From contig JASMHR010000001.1 of the NCBI GenBank assembly GCA_030750665.1, positions 1 to 60,920 of the forward strand: 60,920 nucleotides of DNA, given 5' to 3'. Each line of letters opens with the position of its first letter. Position 1 is the first letter of the stretch. The notes under the pieces are model-generated. The model was not told the DNA's origin. It saw only the letters and a program-made list of their open reading frames with translations, and ran no database searches. The stretch comes from Candidatus Poseidoniaceae archaeon. Its GTDB lineage: Archaea > Thermoplasmatota > Poseidoniia > Poseidoniales > Poseidoniaceae. Position numbers and translations under genes: made by a program. Below, one piece after another: positions 1-6,371 of this stretch.

Positions 1-21
1 AAATTCAATATTAGAAGACAG

Positions 22-402
22 GTGTCAGGTGGTAAATTTGAGAAGAAAGTCGAACAGTGGGTAGAATTATTATTACCAAATTCAGAATTTATCACCCATC
101 AAGAAATAGTGAATCTAAAAGGAAAGCATTATGGAGACCTCAGGGTAGTGAAATACACTCCAGACATTCTGTTTGAAAAACCAGTTCATATCGAACAAGT
201 CTCTGCTGATATTCGTTGGATTGAAATCAAGAAGCATTTCATTGATCCTGCATTTTCGACTGATGAGGTTGTTGAGAAAATTTCACGTCAATTGAAAAAT
301 TATCTGACTCATTATGGGAAAGGCTTGGTGGTTTGGGATAATTCATTCTCCGAAGAGTGGTTGGAAACGAAGCCGAATATTTTCCATACATCATTGAATT
401 GA
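22..402 (+). CDS. PD-(D/E)XK nuclease-fold protein (Hjc/restriction-endonuclease-like), hypothetical; possibly 5'-truncated by the window edge
   Basis: The frame is open back to position 1, so the true start may lie upstream. The ordered pattern GGKFEKKVE ... TPDILF ... WIEIKK matches an E / PD / ExK nuclease core. The gene is clearly more AT-rich than the rest of the window. No homology search was possible. Confidence 0.35.
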   Translation: MSGGKFEKKVEQWVELLLPNSEFITHQEIVNLKGKHYGDLRVVKYTPDILFEKPVHIEQVSADIRWIEIKKHFIDPAFSTDEVVEKISRQLKNYLTHYGKGLVVWDNSFSEEWLETKPNIFHTSLN

Positions 403-456
403 TATTACTACCCATACTAAATAGGAAAGTCCGGGCGCCCTTCAAGAGGGACCAGC

Positions 457-2109
457 ATGGTATCGTTCAGTGACCTAGGAATAGAAGACCATCTGGTCAC
501 TGTCCTGAAGCAGCAGGGTATCCTAGAGCCATTCGAGGTCCAGCGCGAAGCCATCCCTGACGGAATGCTTGGACATGACATCTGTTGTAGGGCTCCAACC
601 GGCTCAGGCAAGACCCTTGCATTCGGTCTGCCCTTGCTCTCTCGCACCCGCCGTGCGGATGTTGAGATGCCAACCGCACTTATCCTCACCCCTACCCGTG
701 AACTGGCTGAGCAGATTACCAATGTGCTGAAGCCATTGGCCAAGGCGGCTGATTTGGAAGTACTATCTGTCTATGGAGGCACTTCCTATACTCCACAGCG
801 CAAGGCACTACGAAACGGTGTAGATGTGGTCATCGCTTGCCCAGGACGTCTTCTCGACCTCTTGGACCGTGGAGACCTTGGACTTGCAGATGTCGAGACC
901 GTGGTCATCGATGAGGCTGACCGCATGGCTGACATGGGCTTCATGGGGCCGGTATGTGATATTCTCGATGAGTGTTCATTGGAACGCCAGACTATTCTCT
1001 TCAGCGCAACTCTCGACGATGAGGTTGCTGAACTGGTAGACAAGTATCAACACAATCCAATCACCATTGAAGTGGGACCCAAGGAAGTCAGCATGGACAG
1101 CATGAATCATCTGTTTTGGATGACAAAGAGTCACGACAAGGCGTCGGTTGCTTCTGATGCCATCAAGAAGAGCGGACGCAGCATCGTCTTCTGCCGAACC
1201 CGTGCTGGTGTAGACAGGGTTGGAGACAGATTGGCTGACCAAGGCATCGAGGTTGCAACTCTGCACGGAGGATTGAATCAGCGCCAGAGAGATCGAGCGA
1301 TGCAGCGTTTCAGCAGCAGCAGGTCACAGGCACTGGTGGCAACGGATGTTGCAGCACGAGGCCTAGATATCGAGGGCGTCAACTGTGTCATCCATTTCGA
1401 CCCACCAGAGAATGGCAAGGCGTACAAGCACCGTAGTGGTAGAACAGCAAGAGCAGGTGCAGAAGGAACAGTCATCTCATTGGTTCAGAATCCACAGAGG
1501 CGCGCATTCCAGCGTATACAGAAGCATGTTGGAATCGAATGCGAATTCACCCAACCAGACCTCGAGGATGTGGTCCATCACTCATTCGAGGCCGCTCCTC
1601 GTCCGGAAGGAGAGAGGAATGAGCGTCAAGGCCGACGTTGGTGGGATGACAAGCGAAACAAGGGTCGTCCACGAAAGGTCAGAGGCAACCGCCAACAGAA
1701 TGGTGGCCGAAGACATAACGGTGGTCGTAACAGGAATCACGAGCGCAATGACCGAGGCTCGCAAGGCAACGGTGAAGGAAGAAGCGATCGAGGTGGTCGC
1801 CATGACAGGAACGACGGTGGTCAGCGAAATCATCGCAATGGTGGTAATCAGAATGGAAATCACCGCAATGGCCGAAGAAATGGCCACAGTCAGAACGGCA
1901 ATCGCCAGAATGACAACCAGAATGGCAATAGGAACGGTAACCAGAATGGCCACAGTCAGAACGGAAATCGCCAGAATGACAACCGGAACGGTGGCAACCA
2001 GAATGGCCGAAGAAACGGTTCACAAGATGGCAGGCACAATCGTCGAAGAAACAAGCATTCCTCGGCCAATACTCGTCAATATCGCCGCAGTGGCCCAAGA
2101 AGGAACTGA
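457..2109 (+). CDS. DEAD-box ATP-dependent RNA helicase with a ~165-aa C-terminal R/G/N-rich low-complexity tail
   Basis: Motifs appear in order: APTGSGKT (I), TPTRELAEQ (Ia), VIDEADRM (II, DEAD), SAT (III), VATDVAARGLDI (V), HRSGRTARAG (VI). The tail after ~aa 385 is made of RNG/NGN/RGG-like repeats. Confidence 0.95.
   Translation: MVSFSDLGIEDHLVTVLKQQGILEPFEVQREAIPDGMLGHDICCRAPTGSGKTLAFGLPLLSRTRRADVEMPTALILTPTRELAEQITNVLKPLAKAADLEVLSVYGGTSYTPQRKALRNGVDVVIACPGRLLDLLDRGDLGLADVETVVIDEADRMADMGFMGPVCDILDECSLERQTILFSATLDDEVAELVDKYQHNPITIEVGPKEVSMDSMNHLFWMTKSHDKASVASDAIKKSGRSIVFCRTRAGVDRVGDRLADQGIEVATLHGGLNQRQRDRAMQRFSSSRSQALVATDVAARGLDIEGVNCVIHFDPPENGKAYKHRSGRTARAGAEGTVISLVQNPQRRAFQRIQKHVGIECEFTQPDLEDVVHHSFEAAPRPEGERNERQGRRWWDDKRNKGRPRKVRGNRQQNGGRRHNGGRNRNHERNDRGSQGNGEGRSDRGGRHDRNDGGQRNHRNGGNQNGNHRNGRRNGHSQNGNRQNDNQNGNRNGNQNGHSQNGNRQNDNRNGGNQNGRRNGSQDGRHNRRRNKHSSANTRQYRRSGPRRN
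1879..1984 (+). repeat. Coding tandem duplication inside the helicase tail
   Basis: Two 40-nt copies (1879-1918 and 1945-1984) differ by 1 mismatch and lie 66 nt (22 codons) apart. Each encodes NGHSQNGNRQNDN. Confidence 0.8.
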
Positions 2110-2128
2110 GTCATCCAACTCATTCGAA

Positions 2129-3091
2129 TTACTCTTCTTCTGAATCTCGATAGTGCAGAACTTCGTACATCGCTTCAGCAATGTTGACTTCAACACCTCG
2201 CTTGTTGGCCCATTCAACCAGTCTTGTGACATCTCTGACCAGGAACTCCTTGGCATTCGGATGTTGCAATGCCACCGCTTGTCCGACGTCGATCACCATC
2301 GGTTGGCCATCATGCCAGAGGATGTTGTATGGGGAAAAATCTGCATGCACTAGTTTTGCATCATTCCAGCAGATACAGAGGAATTCCAGCAATTCATCGA
2401 ACACGCTTTCAGCATCCTCTATCACCACGTCGCGCAGTTTGGGAGATGGCCCCTCCTCATTTCCGAGGTATTCCATCACCAGTACATTCTGGAACACTGC
2501 TATGGGTTCAGGGACTCTTAGATTCCATTTCTTGAGCCTAGTCAGGTTACGGTGTTCCTTGCGTACCCAAATGGTAACCAAGTCTCTGTGTCGACGCTTC
2601 AAGCCTCCGAATCTCGGGTCGCCTTCGATGTACTGCATTAGATTCTTGAAAACTGCATTGGAAGTATGGAAAATTTTCACCGCCACAGGGCCGCGCGGCC
2701 CAATGGCATAGAACACATGTGCTTCCTTACCTCGAGCGATAGGGAATTCCAAGGTATCGATTGTTCCGTTCTTCATCAACTTGTAGAGGCCCATCAGGGT
2801 TGAGCGGTCGAAGACCTGATCAAACACTCGCCGATCTACCCAATCGAAGGAACCACTTCCAAGTACTCCTTCAAGTCCGCCTTCAATCTCTTCGAACATG
2901 CGTTTGTACTTCTTCTCCTTCATCCATGACCAGCCTTTGCCGCCCTTCTCAAGTATATCGAATTCGTGAGGGTCATCATCCTCGTCACGACGCCGCCGTG
3001 TCGGGTTGCTCGAACGATGTCTTCCTCTACCCACGCCGCGCGTGACCCGAATCCGTTGAAGAGGTCTTTGTTCGGCGGAGATTGTTTTCAA
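2129..3091 (-). CDS. rio1: RIO-type serine protein kinase (Rio1-like) with an N-terminal charged extension
   Basis: GKEAHVFYA...VAVKIF (ATP-binding Lys), LVHADFSPYNILW (catalytic loop), VIDVGQAV (metal-binding loop). There is a 4-nt overlap with the upstream aIF1A gene (3088-3091). Confidence 0.88.
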   Translation of the reverse strand: MKTISAEQRPLQRIRVTRGVGRGRHRSSNPTRRRRDEDDDPHEFDILEKGGKGWSWMKEKKYKRMFEEIEGGLEGVLGSGSFDWVDRRVFDQVFDRSTLMGLYKLMKNGTIDTLEFPIARGKEAHVFYAIGPRGPVAVKIFHTSNAVFKNLMQYIEGDPRFGGLKRRHRDLVTIWVRKEHRNLTRLKKWNLRVPEPIAVFQNVLVMEYLGNEEGPSPKLRDVVIEDAESVFDELLEFLCICWNDAKLVHADFSPYNILWHDGQPMVIDVGQAVALQHPNAKEFLVRDVTRLVEWANKRGVEVNIAEAMYEVLHYRDSEEE

Positions 3092-3636
3092 CCGAAGAGT
3101 TCGTCGATATCTTCGTCGTCTTCATCGTCATCTTCAGCGACATCTTCAGCGACATCATCCTTCTTTTCTTCGCTTTCGACTTCTTTTTCCTCTGCCAGAG
3201 CAGCTGAGTCTTGAACATTGGAGAACAATCCATCATCATCATCTTCATCGTCATCAGCCCCGAAATTGAGGCCAAAGACATCTACATCAGAAGGAAGAAC
3301 CCCTTTTAGCGATAAGTAGTTTGCCTGAGTCTTGTTGTAGCGATGTTTGACATCTGCTTTGGAATCTTGGAAATCCCATGGCCATACGATCAATAAGTCG
3401 CCTTCACGTACCCATTGTCGCCTGCGCATCTTCCCAGGGATTCGTGCCATTCGAGTTTCTCCGTCGGCGCAGAGCACCGTTACTCGTCGACCACCGAGGA
3501 TTGCCTCGGCAAGAGCGAACATCTCGTTCACCTTGGTATTGGGCATCTTGACGCGTATCTTCTCAGAGCCAGTATCACTGTCTAATAATTGGGCGAGATA
3601 CTCCTCGTCGACCTTTTCTTCACGGCGTCTTCCCAC
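3088..3636 (-). CDS. eif1a: Translation initiation factor aIF1A (eIF1A homolog) with a long acidic C-terminal tail
   Basis: S1/OB core: RVKMPNTKVNEMFALAEAILGGRRVTVLCADGETRMARIPGKMRRRQWVREGDLLIVWPWDFQDSKADVKHRY. A ~70-aa D/E-rich tail follows and ends in DEDIDELFG. Confidence 0.9.
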   Translation of the reverse strand: MGRRREEKVDEEYLAQLLDSDTGSEKIRVKMPNTKVNEMFALAEAILGGRRVTVLCADGETRMARIPGKMRRRQWVREGDLLIVWPWDFQDSKADVKHRYNKTQANYLSLKGVLPSDVDVFGLNFGADDDEDDDDGLFSNVQDSAALAEEKEVESEEKKDDVAEDVAEDDDEDDEDIDELFG

Positions 3637-3720
3637 GGCTATCAGGGGGGCGAATCGCCATCCCTATGTCAAGGCTCGCAATGTTAGGGGTTGAAGAAGG
3701 AGACTTGGGTCGCCCGCTCC

Positions 3721-4455
3721 ATGCAAGGAATGCCTAGGGTGCCACAGGACCGCATAGCGGTGCTTATAGGTTCCAAGGGCGTTACTAGAAAGTCGCTCCA
3801 AAAAGCGGCAGGGTGCAAGTCAATGTTCATCAACTCGGAAACTGGAGATGTGGATGTCCGTTGGGGTGAACCTGGAACATATGACCCGGTCAGAGCACTG
3901 AAGTTACCTGAGGTGATCAAAGCCATTGGCCGCGGAATGGCTCCTTCAAAGGCAATAAAATTGCTTGAAGATGACTGGTTCTTCCGACTTGTTGACCTCA
4001 AGGAATTCGTCGGTAAGCGTTCCAATCAACAGAGAAGAGTCCGAGCAAGAATAATTGGTTCCCAAGGAAAGATTCGCAAACTCATCGAGAATCTCACTGG
4101 AAGTGAGATTACTATCTATGGCTCAACTGTGGTAGTCGTTGGTGAAGAAGACGGCTTGGAGTCAGCAGTCGATGCAATCGAGAGGCTTGCATCTGGGTCT
4201 GAACATGGACCGGTCATCAAAGGTCTTGAGAAATCACGAAAGAGGCAAAAGATGCAATCTCGTTCTCTCGAATATATTGAGGAGAAGGGCGAATTCTCAG
4301 AATTCGATGTTCTAGTTCCTGGATTATCCGATGTTGCGGCCAAACGTGCATCGCGCCGTCTCAAAGCGGCTCAAGTAGACCCAAACGACGAAGAGCAGGT
4401 TGCAGCGGTCATGGAGATGGCGGAGGATGAATCCGTCACATGGGGGGAGGAGTGA
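3721..4455 (+). CDS. KH-domain RNA-binding protein (archaeal Dim2/Pno1-like)
   Basis: Two KH-like modules: IAVLIGSKGVTRKSLQKAAG and ARIIGSQGKIRKLIENLTGSEITI. It sits next to the aIF1A-RIO pair, a neighbourhood conserved in archaea. The ORF track starts at TTG 3691; ATG 3721 (MQGMPRV) is the more likely start. Confidence 0.8.
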   Translation: MQGMPRVPQDRIAVLIGSKGVTRKSLQKAAGCKSMFINSETGDVDVRWGEPGTYDPVRALKLPEVIKAIGRGMAPSKAIKLLEDDWFFRLVDLKEFVGKRSNQQRRVRARIIGSQGKIRKLIENLTGSEITIYGSTVVVVGEEDGLESAVDAIERLASGSEHGPVIKGLEKSRKRQKMQSRSLEYIEEKGEFSEFDVLVPGLSDVAAKRASRRLKAAQVDPNDEEQVAAVMEMAEDESVTWGEE

Positions 4456-6244
4456 CTCCCTTCGAGCCGAATCTACGCGTCAACCAAGAGACGAACAATC
4501 CTGCTAAGACCAACAGTCCAATGGTCGGCATGAATCCCGGTACGACATTAAGTGAATTCGTGTTGACTCCAGTCACAACGAAATAATGGGCATTATCGCC
4601 TTCATCCTTTTCATCGATGAGGTCCACTGGGTCAATCACAACCTTCAGGTCCCATTGACCAGCAAAAGCAACAGTATGATTCCAATAGAGAGTTTCTTCA
4701 CTGTCTGAAAGGGTGCCTGCAGGAAGAATACGTGTTTCAACCGTGGTCCAGGAAACATCCGCAGTTCGGTCAGCAGGGGCAACCTGCAGAGTCACTGTCA
4801 GTGCACCACCATATGCTTCGTTACTTGTCACCATGGTACTGATCATGACTGTGGAGACTTCAGAAGTTCCAGGCCTCACAAGGATTCGGTCAATATCCAT
4901 CGCTGTAGGATTCCAACTCAAGTCGAGTCCGGGGAGAATCTGGAATGCTGCATTCTCTGAAGTGATGCTGTTCGTAGCATTGTCAACAATTGTTGCTCGC
5001 AGCATCAGATGTTGGCGGCTCTTTGTCGACCAATCGGTCAAGCCGACAGAACCAGTCAGTCCATTGTTCATCGAGATCCATGTACCGGTGATATCTGGCA
5101 TTGAACCGATTCCGTCGCTGTCAAAGCCATACTGAATGAGACAATTGCTTTCGTCGATTCCAGAAAGAGCATCAGCAGCCAGATAATCGATTTGTACTGC
5201 TCCGACTCTGCTGGTGTTCAATTCAGGCACATTCCATCCTCCTAGCAGAGGAATAGTAAGATCAACACCAATCTCGGTGTTGGTAGGGTCACCAGCATTC
5301 CCCACTCTGTCAACTGCTCTGGAATAGATGGTGTGAACACCTTCACTCAATGTCAGTGCTGCGGAGCCAGTTGCTCCAGCATTCTGCCACTCACCGTCGC
5401 CAATCTTGATCTCATAGTAGTCGATGCCGCTACCACCGTTATCGCTCGCTCCATTTGACAGGCCAGTCAGAGAAACCGATGTCGTGTCAATCCAGCCGGA
5501 AGAGGATGCACTCGGTGTTCCAGCGCTTGGACCACTTCGGTCGATGCCCATGTGCATCGTCTGAGAGGAAGAAAGGCCAGAATCATCGTAAACGGTCAAC
5601 CGCGGGCTCCATTTCCCCTCCTCAAGATCGCCATTGGACCAGTTCCATGAATGTTCTAGCGAACCCGGGCCATCATTTGTTGGAGAACCGGGCCCTGGAA
5701 CATTGCTTAGTGTGGCATATGAGATATCATCGTCATCGGCACTCCAATTGAAAATCAGATTTCCGTCTGCCGCAGTGTTGGTCCATGCTCTGTTGCTGGG
5801 TGATGAACCATCTCCGGTGATTACATCCTCAAGAGTGAATTCAGTGATGACTGGAATTTGGTTGGCGATGGTGAAATTCTCAGTACTGAATTGAGCTGTA
5901 CTGTTTCCTTCTGAATCCACACCTGATACTCGCAATCGATAACTTCCATTGGAATGGTCTGTGGTATCCCAGTAATGTGTCCAAGGGCTCCCTCCAGTAA
6001 GGGTGCTCAGGGTACTCCAAGAGGTGCCATCAAACAGTTCTACAGCAAGGTTGACCAGCGAAGAACTTCCAGATTCTCCGAACCCTAGAGTATAGGTTCC
6101 TTTGACATCTTGGCCAGTTGTTGGTCCATTGCTGAATGTGATGGTGATATCGCTTTCTCTTCCCGACGCAGATTGTGCTGGAGGAGGAAGAATAGCGGCG
6201 CCTATCAATAGCGCGAGAATCAGGGCGACCATGTGACTACGCAT
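4436..6244 (-). CDS. Secreted surface protein with Ig-like/beta-sandwich repeats and a PGF-CTERM-like C-terminal anchor
   Basis: N-terminal signal peptide MRSHMVALILALLIGAAILPPPAQSASG. Composition is S/T/G/D/N-rich. The C-terminus VPGFMPTIGLLVLAGLFVSWLTRRF has PGF, a TM helix and basic residues. Confidence 0.7.
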   Translation of the reverse strand: MRSHMVALILALLIGAAILPPPAQSASGRESDITITFSNGPTTGQDVKGTYTLGFGESGSSSLVNLAVELFDGTSWSTLSTLTGGSPWTHYWDTTDHSNGSYRLRVSGVDSEGNSTAQFSTENFTIANQIPVITEFTLEDVITGDGSSPSNRAWTNTAADGNLIFNWSADDDDISYATLSNVPGPGSPTNDGPGSLEHSWNWSNGDLEEGKWSPRLTVYDDSGLSSSQTMHMGIDRSGPSAGTPSASSSGWIDTTSVSLTGLSNGASDNGGSGIDYYEIKIGDGEWQNAGATGSAALTLSEGVHTIYSRAVDRVGNAGDPTNTEIGVDLTIPLLGGWNVPELNTSRVGAVQIDYLAADALSGIDESNCLIQYGFDSDGIGSMPDITGTWISMNNGLTGSVGLTDWSTKSRQHLMLRATIVDNATNSITSENAAFQILPGLDLSWNPTAMDIDRILVRPGTSEVSTVMISTMVTSNEAYGGALTVTLQVAPADRTADVSWTTVETRILPAGTLSDSEETLYWNHTVAFAGQWDLKVVIDPVDLIDEKDEGDNAHYFVVTGVNTNSLNVVPGFMPTIGLLVLAGLFVSWLTRRFGSKGVTPPPM

Positions 6245-6371
6245 ACTGACACGGTATACACGACGCGCCTCGGACTTGAATCCTTGCTAAGCCGAATAGT
6301 CGCCTACGGCGACCTTTCAGGCATTATTGCAGCGGCAGGGTTCAAGTGCCACCCTGTAGGTGTACTGCACA

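Noticed and set aside
1385-2143. Long alternative-frame and antisense ORFs over the helicase tail (1385-2143 +, 1582-1953 -, 1679-2098 -)
   Set aside because: They are by-products of the low-complexity AAT/GGC/CGN codon repeats of the helicase tail. Their compositions are monotonous (T/M/V/A-rich or H/C/G-rich) and they have no motifs. The helicase frame is continuous with the conserved core.
6336-6356. CAGGGTTCAAGTGCCACCCTG stem-loop with a GGTTCAAG T-loop-like sequence in the divergent spacer between two surface-protein genes
   Set aside because: The loop is too long for a T-arm and no cloverleaf can be built from the surrounding 127 nt. It is probably just promoter-region secondary structure. 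A second palindrome, GTCGCCTACGGCGAC at 6299-6313, is noted but has no interpretable function.
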